From: an uncultured Gammaproteobacteria bacterium
GTDB taxonomy: Bacteria > Pseudomonadota > Gammaproteobacteria > UBA9214
NCBI GenBank assembly: GCA_963827755.1
Contig: CAWHCQ010000013.1
Span: 64,001 to 128,000 of the forward strand
DNA length: 64,000 nt
Direction: 5' to 3'
The translations under genes and the position numbers were made by a program. The number at the start of each line of letters is the position of its first letter. The stretch's first letter is position 1. This document shows, piece by piece, positions 41,991 through 53,646 of this stretch. The notes beneath the pieces were generated by a model that did no database searches, was not told where the DNA came from, and was given only the letters and a program-made list of their open reading frames with translations.

Positions 41991-44463
41991 TCAGCTCCGG
42001 GCCCGGTAGCCAAGAATACCACGTTCAAGCACGTCATCGACGCTGCCGCCGAGTGTCCCGAGGCCTTTCAGTTCCAGCTGGAGAAAGACCGCGGTATTAC
42101 GGCCCTCGTCATTGTTGTTGATGTAGTTGCGGCCTACCAGCCGGGCGCCCCAGCAGCAGCTCTCATAGCCGAGACCGGCAATCGCCTCGATAGTTTCATT
42201 CTGGTCGAGTGAATAATACCAGCGCCCGACCATGTGCCAGGACTGGTTCACCGGCCACAGAAAAGACAGGTCCGCCTGCTCCTGGCTGCCGCGCCGGCGG
42301 CGATAGGAGGCGTTGATGAGCTGGCGTTGGCCGGCCTTGTATTGCAGGCGGTAATCGTTTCGGTCTGTTTGCGAGTCATGCGGGTTCCATTGCAGCTCGG
42401 CATTGGCATTCCAGTACTTGCCGAGGTTCATGGTTATTTCGCCGATCAGGTCGGAGCTGTCATCGGATTCAACCGTTTCGCCCGGCAGCGTGACTTTTCT
42501 GTCGCGGAAGTAAATGAGTGAACCCAGGCTGGCGCTGAGCAGTTGTTTGCCGTTGCCGGGATCAAGTATCCGGGTTGTCAGTGCAAGTGCTGCCTGGTTG
42601 GCGTCACCCATGCGGTCCGGACCGGTGAAACGGTTTTCCTGGAACAGCGTCCAGTAGTTGAAATCATAGTTGCCGGTATCGAACACCGGCAGGTCATCCT
42701 GGTTTTTCTCGGGGACGTACAGATAAAACAGGCGCGGTTCAAGTGTCTGTATGAGTTCAGCCTCTCCCCAGTCCATATTCCGCTCAAAGAAACTGCCGGC
42801 ATCAACGCTGACAATGGGTGTCGTGCGCGAAGGGCTGTCGTCGCCGCCTGTGGCATCCCTGTCGAGGTCGTACAGGGTATGGCGTATGCCGATGGCAGGT
42901 TCTACATACCAGGCGGCCCTGCGTACAGGCAGGCTGACGCGCGGCTGGATATCGAGGCGCTTTCCGGTGACCTTGTCGCCGTCACTGTGGTCGAAGCTGT
43001 TGAGCTCGGCATGGCCGCTGAATTTAAGACCCAGCAGGCGCTTCGAAGGAGCTGCGGCGAGAATGATCTGGGGTAATTGCTTGTAGGGACGGTCGATGGA
43101 AGCCACGGCAGGATCAATGGTCTGGAAGTCCTGCACCTTGACACCCAGGTCCCACCAGTCACCATGCCAGGCCGCCGCCGCGGTACGCTCCAGGCTGGTC
43201 TGGCTGGTCTGCACGATGGTCGTCGACAGGTCCTCAAAGTATTCTTCATCCGAGACATTGCTTGCGGTGATGGATGTTTCCAGTCGCGGCAAGGGTTGAC
43301 CCCTGTGGTTAACAGAGACCAGGCTGCGTTCCCTGTCATTGAATCGCTTGTCGGAACCAAGGTACTCGGCCCTGATTTCGCCGCTGTTGTTTGCGTGCAG
43401 GTAACGGAACTCGCCGCCCAGCATTGTGCCGCGGTCACTCATGTAGCGCGGCACGATAGTGGCATCGTAATTCGGCGCGATGTTCCAGTAATAGGGCAGG
43501 CTGATATCGGTACCGGTTTCGTCCGTCTGGCCGATTGCCGGTGCCAGCACACCGGACTTGCGCCGGTCATCCAGCGGGAAGCTCATGTAAGGCGCATAGG
43601 CGATGGGCACACCCTTGAATTCCAGCCTGGCACCGCGTGCTGTGCCATGGCCGCCGGTCTGATCCAGGTCGACCTGTCTTGCCATTAACAACCAGTCCAG
43701 GTTGCCGCCCGGGCAGGTCGTATAGCTGGCGTTTTCAAGATGCTGTTGTTCGCCTTCGACGCTTAAAAGGCCGGCGTAACCGCGCGCATGCTGGTCCGGC
43801 AGCGAGTAGCTGAGCTGCTGCAGGCTGGCGCTGTTGCGCCCGGGATGTATGCGGGCAGCTGCCGCATTGACTTCCAGGCCGGGGGCGCTGAATTCAACGC
43901 CGCCGGTCGCCATGATTTCATCGTTATTCTTCCGGTAGACGATCCGGTCGGCAGTTACGCGCTGCGCCCCGTGCTGGACGATGGCGTCGCCTTCCAGGGT
44001 GTAGACATTGTCCGCGCTTGATTTGGCAGACGCTGCGTGCAGGTCTGTTTTCCCAGGCTCCGCGGTTGCCTGGTAGCTGTGTGTTCGAGTCGTTACGGGT
44101 GGACACTGTGCCCAGCGATCGGGTTGCGCCGGCGGAACCGATGCCGCTTGCTGCGTCGAATAACCACCCGGTGTACTTGCCATCGGCCCGGCTGCCGGCG
44201 CTGGCAGGTCATCGGGTGAAACCGGCATCGTGCGCGCTGCCGTGGTCGTTGCCGGTGTCCTGTCGTGGCACGCGGTGTGCGGCCGGAATGAGCACGTGGC
44301 CCGGTGCCTGCAACTTTTCCCTGGCGACACATCTCCACAGGCTGTCGGACAAGGCGCTGCACAGCCAGGGGCCGTCGGCCCGGGCGGTGCCTTGCAGCGG
44401 GAGCAGAAGAACGAGCAGCGCCAGCACCGGGAGCAGCCGGGCTGTTGAGCATCTGTTCTTCAT
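41991..44463 (-). CDS. lptD: LPS assembly protein LptD with apparent +1 frameshift near the 5' end
   Basis: Signal peptide MKNRCSTARLLPVLALL in one frame; body with YTTCP, RKSG, PYYWNIAPNYD, TLEPRLFY, YESCCW, LELKGLG in another. Confidence 0.9.
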
Positions 44464-44748
44464 TGATTGCATGGAATACCTGCAGAATCTATTCGGCTGA
44501 AACGTTCGTGTCCGCGTACCCGGCGGCGGGGCGCGCGAGCTAAAATCGCACAGAATGGCCTGAACTTCAAATATTTTTGTAATCAGTGTGTTATCGGTTT
44601 AACAGGGTGCATCGGCGGGGCCTCTGTCAATCCCTGCAAGGCCCGGTTTTCATGCCTGTTTTTCACCCGCACAGGCGACTCTCGGCAGGCCCTGTTCCGG
44701 GCTATACTGCGGCTCCGGTTATTGACCTGCAAAACACGGAGAGCACCC

Positions 44749-45750
44749 TTGCCTGAAAGACTGGACGCCCTGAAGTACTGGCTGGAAGAAGAACTGTCAT
44801 TCAGCGAATACACCCTCAACCCGGCTTCGGCCGATGCCAGTTTTCGGCGTTATTTCCGGATAATCCATAATGGTGCCAGTTTCATAGTCATGGATGCGCC
44901 GCCCGGGCAGGAAGATTCCCGCCCGTTCGTGAATGTCTCAAAACTGTTTTTTGATATCGGCCTGAATGTCCCCGAGGTGATTGATGCAGATCCCGGCAAG
45001 GGTTTCCTGCTGCTCTCCGACCTCGGCAGCCGCTCCTATCTCGACGCGCTGAACGATGAAACAGTGGAGCGGCTCTATGGCGATGCGCTGGGTGCGCTGG
45101 CCACCCTGCAGACCCGCATACCGCTGGATGCCGATCTGCCGGCCTACGATGAAGCGCTGTTGATGCGGGAAATGGCACTGTTTCGCGACTGGTTGCTGGG
45201 CAAACACCTGGGGATCGCGCTGTCCCGTCAGCAGCAGGCCATGCTGGAGGATGTGTTCGGCCGGCTGGCCGATAATGCACTGGCACAACCGCAGGTATGC
45301 GTACACCGTGATTATCATTCACGCAATCTCATGGTCACTGCTGCAAACAATCCCGGTATCCTCGATTTTCAGGATGCCGTGATCGGGCCAGTCACCTACG
45401 ACCTTGTTTCGCTGCTGCGTGATTGCTATGTCAAGTGGCCGCCCGGGCGGGTGGAAGACTGGGCGCTGGGCTACCACGATCTCGCCCTGCAAACCGGTAT
45501 CCTGCATGAGCGGCATGATGATCCGCAGGCGTTCCTGCACTGGTTTGATTTGATGGGCATGCAGCGCCATCTGAAGGCAGCCGGTATCTTTGCGCGGCTG
45601 AATCACCGTGACGGCAAACCGGGTTACCTGGATGACATTCCGCGCACGCTCTCGTACGTGGCAGAGGTGGCCGGGCGCCATGATGGTTTGCAGCCGTTCG
45701 GGGAGTTTGTCGCGCGACACGTCATGCCCCGCCTGGGTGGCGATGCCTAG
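44749..45750 (+). CDS. amgK: Anomeric MurNAc/GlcNAc kinase (APH family)
   Basis: ASADASFRRYFR, MDAPP, HRDYHSRNLM, DFQDA, QRHLKAAGIFARL; divergent from lptD; TTG start inferred. Confidence 0.88.
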   Translation: MPERLDALKYWLEEELSFSEYTLNPASADASFRRYFRIIHNGASFIVMDAPPGQEDSRPFVNVSKLFFDIGLNVPEVIDADPGKGFLLLSDLGSRSYLDALNDETVERLYGDALGALATLQTRIPLDADLPAYDEALLMREMALFRDWLLGKHLGIALSRQQQAMLEDVFGRLADNALAQPQVCVHRDYHSRNLMVTAANNPGILDFQDAVIGPVTYDLVSLLRDCYVKWPPGRVEDWALGYHDLALQTGILHERHDDPQAFLHWFDLMGMQRHLKAAGIFARLNHRDGKPGYLDDIPRTLSYVAEVAGRHDGLQPFGEFVARHVMPRLGGDA

Positions 45751-45860
45751 TATGGGTGTTGCTCCGGGCCGGTCTTTCAGGCCGAACAGCGGCCTGGTCG
45801 TCCCCGGCAAGAGCAGCGCACATTCACGTATACTGGCAACCCGGCAGCCCGGAATTATAT

Positions 45861-45884
45861 TGCAGGAGCGCTTCTCAAGCGTAT
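45861..45884 (+). repeat. Solitary degenerate REP
   Basis: tgcaggagcgcttctcaagcgtat matches the 12597 family. Confidence 0.7.
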
Positions 45885-45923
45885 GAGGGGTTAACGGGGT
45901 AGCAATGACATCAGAGGCACGCC

Positions 45924-46223
45924 ATGAATAATCTTCCTTTCCCCTGGCTGGCGCTGGGCCTCGGACTGCTGGTGGCTGCCGGGCTGGCGATGTCGGGGGC
46001 GTTCTCGCCGGAGGGCAGCTACAAGCTACCCTTGCTGACGATGTTGATCGTCAGCGAATTCGGTTTTTTCGTCACCGCGATCGGTGCCGGTGTCGGCATC
46101 AATAGCCTGCTTCAAAAGGGTATGAACCCCGTCATGACGGGGGTCATTGCCGCTGATGGCCTGATGGCGGCGATGTTCCTCTACCTGGGTATTCAATTGT
46201 GGCCGGGTGGCTTCTCTTTCTAG
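45924..46223 (+). CDS. Small three-TM membrane protein
   Basis: gagg RBS; three hydrophobic helices; LPLLTMLIVSEFGFFVTAIGAG. Confidence 0.75.
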   Translation: MNNLPFPWLALGLGLLVAAGLAMSGAFSPEGSYKLPLLTMLIVSEFGFFVTAIGAGVGINSLLQKGMNPVMTGVIAADGLMAAMFLYLGIQLWPGGFSF

Positions 46224-46242
46224 CCGGCCCGATACCCGGGCC

Positions 46243-46908
46243 GTGAACAGGCAGGCCGATGCCGGGCTCCCGGTGCTGTATTCGTTCCGGCGCTGCCCCT
46301 ACGCAATGCGTGCACGCATGGCCCTTGTATACAGCCGGGTCAGGGTGGAACTGCGCGAAGTCATATTGCGTGACATGCCGGCTGCCCTGCTGGCCTGTTC
46401 ACCGAAGGCGACGGTGCCGGTTCTGTTGTTGCCCGATGGCTGCGTGCTGGAAGAGAGTCGTGACATCATGGACTGGGCCCTCTCGGTACATGATCCGGAT
46501 GGCTGGATGCCCGCAGCGGGAAGCGAGGCGTATGCCACGGCAATTCAGCTGATGGATGAAAATGACGGCTCCTTCAAGGCGCAGCTGGACCGTTACAAGT
46601 ATGCCGAACGTTATCCGCAACACCCGGCCGGCTGGTATCGGGCGCAGGGAGCGGGCTTCCTGGAACGTCTGGATGACAGGCTCGACCGGGGCAGGTGGTT
46701 GCTGGGCGGGCACATCAGCGTGGCGGACGTGGCTATCTTCCCGTTCGTTCGCCAGTTTGCGCATGTCGACAGGCCGTGGTTCGAGCAGGCCTCATGGCCA
46801 CGCCTGCAGCAATGGCTGGAGACGCTGATCGAATCGCGCTTGTTCAACAGCGTGATGAAAAAGTACCCGCAGTGGCACGAAGGCGACGCGCCGCTGCACT
46901 TTCCCTGA
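46243..46908 (+). CDS. Glutathione S-transferase family protein
   Basis: LYSFRRCPYAMRAR, PKATVPVL, ADVAIFPFVRQFA; start uncertain. Confidence 0.9.
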   Translation: MNRQADAGLPVLYSFRRCPYAMRARMALVYSRVRVELREVILRDMPAALLACSPKATVPVLLLPDGCVLEESRDIMDWALSVHDPDGWMPAAGSEAYATAIQLMDENDGSFKAQLDRYKYAERYPQHPAGWYRAQGAGFLERLDDRLDRGRWLLGGHISVADVAIFPFVRQFAHVDRPWFEQASWPRLQQWLETLIESRLFNSVMKKYPQWHEGDAPLHFP

Positions 46909-47051
46909 TGACAAAAGAGGTGATTGGCGCGGGGCATACATGACCGGCCCGGTTATTTATTCACGGGGCCGGATTTCGGGAAAATTATTGGACCAACTTT
47001 GTGACATTTCGCTACACTGGCGGTTTACCCTGCCAGGAGAACACGATACGC

Positions 47052-47765
47052 ATGTTGTGGAGAAAAACCTGTAACTCGATACTGCTGTCCGGCGCGCTCA
47101 CCTTGTCCGGACCGATGCTGGCCGACGAGGGCATTTTGAATTTTTCCGATGGCGGGAAAGCATCGCCCGCCGCACAGGACCGTGCTTTTGAAGCCAGGGC
47201 TCATCGCCTCCTCGACCAGCTGGCCGATTCTGCCGCGAGGTACGTCACGGTGACCCGATTCGAAAATACCATCATCATTACCGGCGAGGTGAAGAGTTCG
47301 TCAGATGCCAGTGTAGTCGATGCGCTGGTGCTGGATGCGGCGGGGATAAAACGCGAGACGCCTGCCGGGAGCATGGTCATGCCGGCAAGGGACAGGGAGT
47401 GTGGCGGCAAACCGGCCATGGGTAATGTCAAGCGCCGGCAAACCGTGAAGGGAGACAGGGACTGCAGTTCCCTGCGTGGCGGTGAGCCCGGCAAGGCAAG
47501 GGGCAGGGTATACAACCACCTGGCGGTGGGCGCATCAGATCCACCCATGAAGGTCGCAAGGACAAACCTGCTGCTTGCCGAAACCATGCTGGAGCTGGTG
47601 GATGCCGGCCACCCGGAGGTCCTGGACCGGGCCGCCATGCGCATGGTGGCGCAGGATGGTGTGCTCTATATTCTCGGCAAACCCGGGGATACGGAGCGCA
47701 CCCGAATCAAGGCGATGTTGATGGCATTGCCCGGGGTGACTGGCGTCAGCTTCTACCCTGAATAA
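47052..47765 (+). CDS. Exported protein with degenerate BON-like segments
   Basis: Signal peptide; VTRFENTIIITGEV, RVYNHL, DGVLYILG, LPGVTGV resemble two BON domains. Confidence 0.55.
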   Translation: MLWRKTCNSILLSGALTLSGPMLADEGILNFSDGGKASPAAQDRAFEARAHRLLDQLADSAARYVTVTRFENTIIITGEVKSSSDASVVDALVLDAAGIKRETPAGSMVMPARDRECGGKPAMGNVKRRQTVKGDRDCSSLRGGEPGKARGRVYNHLAVGASDPPMKVARTNLLLAETMLELVDAGHPEVLDRAAMRMVAQDGVLYILGKPGDTERTRIKAMLMALPGVTGVSFYPE

Positions 47766-47776
47766 TTACGGCGCAC

Positions 47777-48157
47777 ATGTCTGCGAGAACGCTGTTTTCA
47801 ATCGTGGAGTCTCCCGCACACCCGGATTTCTCCGGCTTGTACAGGCGCCTGGAAATCAGGGAAGTACGGCTGGCTTCGATGAGAAAGGCCATCAGTGCAT
47901 TAAAAACGATAACACCTGATTATGTGGTCGCAGAGTTCTTCTACGGCTATGGCAATAATTATGCAGGCGTCAATGTCAGCAACCTCGATGTATTTCTCTA
48001 CAGTTTGCAAAAATACGCGCCGAATGCGCGCGTTATCGTGCTGGTGGACAGGAATGAACGGCAATATGTCGAGAAGTTGAGTGCGTTGTTTGTCCTCCAC
48101 GGTGTTTTGCAGCATCCGTTGCGGGAGCTGGATATTGAACCACTGCTCCGGGAGTAG
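47777..48157 (+). CDS. Hypothetical protein, possible atypical receiver-like fold
   Basis: Clean 126-aa ORF; SMRKAI...PDYVVAEF pattern. Confidence 0.65.
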   Translation: MSARTLFSIVESPAHPDFSGLYRRLEIREVRLASMRKAISALKTITPDYVVAEFFYGYGNNYAGVNVSNLDVFLYSLQKYAPNARVIVLVDRNERQYVEKLSALFVLHGVLQHPLRELDIEPLLRE

Positions 48158-48263
48158 CCGCGACGCAGGCGAGCGAGCCTGCCGGGTAAGCAGGCTGCGG
48201 GCAGGCAGGGCGTGTTGCCGGGCATGATGCAGCAATAGTCACGCCAGCGGTGTTATTCTATAG

Positions 48264-48935
<672 letters not shown>

Positions 48936-48982
48936 TGCCGAGCCTGTTTACACGCACAGAAATACGGAAACGCTGACCGGAT

Positions 48983-50419
48983 ATGGGCCAGGAAATCGAG
49001 GCAACGAATTTTACCGCGCAGGACTTTGAAGAGTTTGCAGAAAGTCTGCGTAATGAAACAAAGCTGCTTGGCGAGTGGTTTCGTTCCGGTGTCTTTTCGC
49101 CGCGCGCCCGAATGGGCGGTTTCGAACTGGAGGCCTGGCTGGTTGACAGCGAGGCGCAGCCGGCACCGGTCAACGAGGTTTTTCTTGAACACCTGAACAA
49201 TCCGATGGTGGTGCCGGAGCTGGCACGTTTCAACGTCGAGTTGAACGACCATCCGCAGCACTTGTGGGGTTCGGCGCTCGGCCGGCTGGAGGCCAGTCTT
49301 GGCGAGACATGGCGGCAGTGCATGCAGGTCGCGGAAGCAATGCAAACGCACCTGTTGATGATCGGTATCCTGCCAACGGTGAAGGAAGCGGAGCTGTCTC
49401 CGGCCAACATGTCGGACCTGAAACGCTACCGGGCATTGAATGAACAGGTGCTGCGTTTGCGCGGCGGTCAGCCCCTGGAACTGGATATTAACGGCAGGGA
49501 GCATCTCAGGATGACGCACCAGAGTGTCATGCTGGAGGCTGCCACGACATCTTTCCAGTTGCATCTGAAGGTCCATCCCGGGCTCGCAAAACGCGCCTAT
49601 AACGCCTCGATTGTTGCATCGGCGCCCTTGCTCGCAGCATCTGCCAACTCTCCCTACCTGTTCAATCACGATCTCTGGGATGAAACACGCATTCCTTTAT
49701 TTGAGCAGTCGGTGTCTGTCGGCGGCTTTGCCGGTGCAAGCCATGGTCCACTGCGGCGGGTAACCTTTGGCTCCGGTTATGCGCGCGAGTCGCTGTTTGA
49801 ATGTTTTGTCGAGAACCAGCAGCACTATCCCGTGCTGTTGCCGACGACCTACCATGAAGGGCTCGAGCAGATGGCGCATCTGCGCCTGCACAACGGCACC
49901 ATCTGGCGCTGGACCCGGCCGTTGATCGGTTTTGATTATGACGGCATGCCGCATTTGCGTATCGAGAACCGGGTTGTGCCGGGCGGGCCGACAGTGGTGG
50001 ATGTGATCGCCAATGCGGCCTTCTTTTTCGGAATCATGCAGGCCTTGATGACGGCAGAGATCCCGCCTGAAAACCAGCTCTCCTTTGCCGCGGCGCGCGA
50101 CAATTTCTATGCGGCAGCGCATCACGGACTGGATGCACATGTTGAGTGGTTCAATGAAAAGCGCTCCGGTGTGCGTGAACTGATCCTGGCTGAACTGTTG
50201 CCGATGGCACAACACGGGCTCGAGCTGCTTGAAATCGACAGCAGTGATATCGAGCGCTATCTCGATATTATCCGCCTGCGTGTTGACAGTGCGCAGAACG
50301 GCGCAGCCTGGCAGCGTGCCTATGTCGCCAGGCACGGCAGGGATTTCGCGGCCATGACGAATGCCTATCGCCAGCGGCAGGAGTCCGGCATCCCGGTCCA
50401 TGAATGGGACCTTGACTAG
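48983..50419 (+). CDS. Glutamate-cysteine ligase family 2 (carboxylate-amine ligase)
   Basis: GFELE, ELARFNVELN, TSFQLHL, ANSPYL, ETRIPLFEQ, HNGTIWRWTRP, LRIENR. Confidence 0.82.
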   Translation: MGQEIEATNFTAQDFEEFAESLRNETKLLGEWFRSGVFSPRARMGGFELEAWLVDSEAQPAPVNEVFLEHLNNPMVVPELARFNVELNDHPQHLWGSALGRLEASLGETWRQCMQVAEAMQTHLLMIGILPTVKEAELSPANMSDLKRYRALNEQVLRLRGGQPLELDINGREHLRMTHQSVMLEAATTSFQLHLKVHPGLAKRAYNASIVASAPLLAASANSPYLFNHDLWDETRIPLFEQSVSVGGFAGASHGPLRRVTFGSGYARESLFECFVENQQHYPVLLPTTYHEGLEQMAHLRLHNGTIWRWTRPLIGFDYDGMPHLRIENRVVPGGPTVVDVIANAAFFFGIMQALMTAEIPPENQLSFAAARDNFYAAAHHGLDAHVEWFNEKRSGVRELILAELLPMAQHGLELLEIDSSDIERYLDIIRLRVDSAQNGAAWQRAYVARHGRDFAAMTNAYRQRQESGIPVHEWDLD

Positions 50420-50525
50420 GGGAGCCGTGATTCATGCCACCTTGAGTTTGACAGGGTGACGAAGCTGTCCTTGAATGTAATCTGCTTGCCCTGAAAATAC
50501 CTGATACGAAAACGCCATAGCGGAC

Positions 50526-51542
50526 ATGAACACGATGCTAACCGAGACTGACACGCTGCCGGATGGTCTGCTCGAGGCCCCGGTTGAAGGGCTTGAGGCA
50601 CTGCTTGGCGGTCCCACCCTGATTCATTTGCCGGGGCGACGCCCGGAGCCCCTGTTTGTCACGGTGCTTGCGCATGGTAACGAGAGCACCGGGTTTTATG
50701 CGGTGCAATCCCTGCTCCAGGCCTGGCGCGACAGGGAGTTGCCGCGTGCACTGTCTGTCTTTATCGGCAATGTCGCGGCCGCGAGCAAGTCACAACGATT
50801 TCTCGATGGCCAGGCGGACTATAACCGCGTCTGGCCGGGCACCGAGCACACCGATGCCCCTGAAGCGCAGATGATGCAGCAGGTGGTGGACAGGATGCGC
50901 GAGCGCGGGGCATTTGCGAGCATCGATTTGCACAATAATACCGGCATCAATCCGCACTACGCCTGTATCAACCGGGTGGATAACCAGTTCCTGCACCTGG
51001 CGTCGATGTTCAGCCGTACCGTGGTGTATTTCATTCGCCCGCTGGGGGTGCAATCCATGGCCATGTCTTACGTCTGCCCGGCGGTGACAATCGAGTGCGG
51101 CAAGCCCGGTCATGAATACGGTGTGGAGCACGCGCGTGATTTCCTCGATGCCTGCCTGCGCCTGAACGAGCTGCCGGCACACCCGGTTGCCTCGCACGAT
51201 GTTGACCTGTTTCATACCGTGGCGAGCGTGAAGGTCCGCGAGGATATCAGTTTCAGCTTTCGGGACGAGTCGGCGGACCTGCAGCTTGTCGGCAATATCG
51301 ATCACCTGAATTTCAGGGAGCTGCCGGCCGGCACGCAGATCGGCTGGCTGCACGGCCCCGGCCTGGACGTGCTCGATGTGCGCGATGATAACGGGCAGGA
51401 AGTATCAGGGCATTATTTCACGGTTGAAGGGCGCGCGCTGACCACCACGCGGGTATTCATGCCCTCGATGTTTACGCTGGATGAAAAGATTATTCGCCAG
51501 GACTGCCTCGGGTACCTGATGGAGCGCTTGCTGCCCGAGTAG
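50526..51542 (+). CDS. M14-like metallopeptidase / succinylglutamate desuccinylase family
   Basis: HGNE, DYNRVW, IDLHN, TIECG. Confidence 0.85.
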   Translation: MNTMLTETDTLPDGLLEAPVEGLEALLGGPTLIHLPGRRPEPLFVTVLAHGNESTGFYAVQSLLQAWRDRELPRALSVFIGNVAAASKSQRFLDGQADYNRVWPGTEHTDAPEAQMMQQVVDRMRERGAFASIDLHNNTGINPHYACINRVDNQFLHLASMFSRTVVYFIRPLGVQSMAMSYVCPAVTIECGKPGHEYGVEHARDFLDACLRLNELPAHPVASHDVDLFHTVASVKVREDISFSFRDESADLQLVGNIDHLNFRELPAGTQIGWLHGPGLDVLDVRDDNGQEVSGHYFTVEGRALTTTRVFMPSMFTLDEKIIRQDCLGYLMERLLPE

Positions 51543-51567
51543 CCGGCCGCTACACACCCTTCCCTGG

Positions 51568-52665
51568 ATGAAACCCTCACCGCATGTATTGCTGGCCCTT
51601 TCCGGCCACGGTTATGGACACCTCGCGCAAACTGCCCCGGTGATCAATGCCCTGTGGCAGCAGTTGCCATCGCTGCAATTAACCGTCTGCAGTACCTTGC
51701 CCCACTCCGTTATCGCCGGGCGTCTCGATCATCCTTTTACCAGCCATACCGTCGAGCTTGACGTGGTGTTGCCGATGGTGAGTGCCTGGGAGGTCGATGT
51801 GGCGGGCGCACGGCAGGCCTGGAAGGAATTTCACTCTGATCAGGGTGCAGGCCTGCAGCGTGATCTTGACCTGCTCGGTGAAGTCAAACCGGACCTGATA
51901 GTTGCGGACATACCCTATCGTATTCTGTCGGCCGCGGGGCTTTCCGGAATACCGGCGGTTGCGCTCTGTTCCCTGAACTGGGCATCGATATTCGAGGTTT
52001 ATTGCAGCGCGGGTGGCGAGAGCGAGGCCATTCTTGAGCAGATGTGGGCCGGTTACCGTGCGGCGGATGTCTTTCTTGCGCCCCGGCCTTCCATGGACAT
52101 GCCGGCGCTGGAAAATTACCGCGCCATCGGGCCGATTGCACGGTGCGGTGTGCGCCAACAACCGGCGTTGCAGGAACAGCTGGGCGTGTCGCCGGGTACG
52201 CGCCTGGTCATGGTTGCGCTGGGGGGTATCGCAACCACCCTGCCGCTGGCCAGCTGGCCGCGCATGGACAATGTCGCCTGGGTGTTCCCGGAAGCCGTGG
52301 ATATGCCGCGCAATGACCTGTTCGACTTCAGCGCCTTGCCCCTGTCGTATATCGATGTACTCGCATCGGTGGATGCCGTGCTCACCAAGCCGGGTTATGG
52401 CACCTACGCCGAGGCGGTATGCAACGGCATCCCGCTGCTGACCCTGTCGCGGCCGGACTGGCCTGAGTCGCCGTATCTGAACGCCTGGGCGCGCCGTTAT
52501 GGCCGTTTGCAGGAAATCAGCAAGCAGCAATTCGAGAGTGGAGAATTTGTCGAGGCGCTGCAGCATTTATGGCAACAGCCGGTTCCGGACGGGTATCCTG
52601 AAGCGGAGGGGATACAGCAGGCTGCAGGATTATTGCTGGAGAGGCTGTGTCCGGGCAGGGAGTGA
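51568..52665 (+). CDS. GT-B fold glycosyltransferase-like protein
   Basis: SGHGYGH, DLIVADIP, TKPGYGTYAEA, RPDWPE. Confidence 0.7.
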   Translation: MKPSPHVLLALSGHGYGHLAQTAPVINALWQQLPSLQLTVCSTLPHSVIAGRLDHPFTSHTVELDVVLPMVSAWEVDVAGARQAWKEFHSDQGAGLQRDLDLLGEVKPDLIVADIPYRILSAAGLSGIPAVALCSLNWASIFEVYCSAGGESEAILEQMWAGYRAADVFLAPRPSMDMPALENYRAIGPIARCGVRQQPALQEQLGVSPGTRLVMVALGGIATTLPLASWPRMDNVAWVFPEAVDMPRNDLFDFSALPLSYIDVLASVDAVLTKPGYGTYAEAVCNGIPLLTLSRPDWPESPYLNAWARRYGRLQEISKQQFESGEFVEALQHLWQQPVPDGYPEAEGIQQAAGLLLERLCPGRE

Positions 52666-52698
52666 CGCCGGACCCGCTACGCTTGATCCGGTATTGCG

Positions 52699-53646
52699 CT
52701 ACGCGGGCTTATAAAGGGCGCCATGCGCCTGCTGATCGGCATGGTAGGAAGAGCGTACCATCGGGCCGCTGGCAACATGACTGAATCCCAGTTGATAACC
52801 CAGCTCGCCCAGGCGGTCGAACTCGTCCGGGTGCACGTAGCGATCAAGTGGCAGGTGGTGAACACTGGGTTGCAGGTATTGACCCAGGGTCAGCATGTCG
52901 CAGTCGTGTTCGCGCAGGTCGCGCATGACCTGCTCGACCTCGGCAATGGTTTCTCCCACACCCAGCATGAGGCCGGATTTTGTCGTCACCTCCGGGTGCA
53001 GCGCCTTGAAACGTTTCAGCAGGTTCAGTGACCAGGCGTAGTCGGAGCCGGGGCGGACTTTTTTATACAGGCCGGGGACGGTCTCCAGGTTGTGGTTGAA
53101 GACATCCGGCGGGGATGTGGTGAGAATCTCAAGTGCGCGGTCCATGCGCCCGCGAAAGTCCGGCACCAGTACCTCGACCTTGATGTCGGGGTTATTGGCA
53201 CGAATCGCATCGATGCAGGCAACAAAGTGTGCGGCGCCCCCATCACGTAAATCGTCACGGTCTACAGATGTCACCACCACGTAACGCAGTCCCATGGCCC
53301 TGATTGTTTGCCCGAGGCTTTCGGGCTCATTCGCATCCAGCGGGTCAGGGCGGCCATGCGCAACATCGCAAAACGGGCAGCGGCGGGTGCAGACATCACC
53401 CATGATCATGAAGGTCGCGGTGCCGCCGGCGAAGCATTCACCAAGATTCGGGCACGAGGCCTCCTCGCAGACGGTGTGCAGGTGATTCTCGCGCAACACT
53501 TCCTTGAGACGCGATACCGCAGGATGGGACGGGGATTTTGCACGTATCCAGGGTGGTTTGCGCAGTGGCCGGGTTGTCGGCTCGATCTTTATCGGGATGC
53601 GTGCGGTCTTTGCGGCACCGCGCTGTTTCCTTTCTGTTGTGCTCAT
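52699..53646 (-). CDS. lipA: Lipoyl synthase
   Basis: [26 protein letters not shown]. Confidence 0.97.
   Translation of the reverse strand: MSTTERKQRGAAKTARIPIKIEPTTRPLRKPPWIRAKSPSHPAVSRLKEVLRENHLHTVCEEASCPNLGECFAGGTATFMIMGDVCTRRCPFCDVAHGRPDPLDANEPESLGQTIRAMGLRYVVVTSVDRDDLRDGGAAHFVACIDAIRANNPDIKVEVLVPDFRGRMDRALEILTTSPPDVFNHNLETVPGLYKKVRPGSDYAWSLNLLKRFKALHPEVTTKSGLMLGVGETIAEVEQVMRDLREHDCDMLTLGQYLQPSVHHLPLDRYVHPDEFDRLGELGYQLGFSHVASGPMVRSSYHADQQAHGALYKPA

Noticed and set aside
44209-44463. Programmed frameshift or separate small gene before lptD
   Set aside because: No slippery site recognised; better explained as the LptD signal peptide displaced by an indel error
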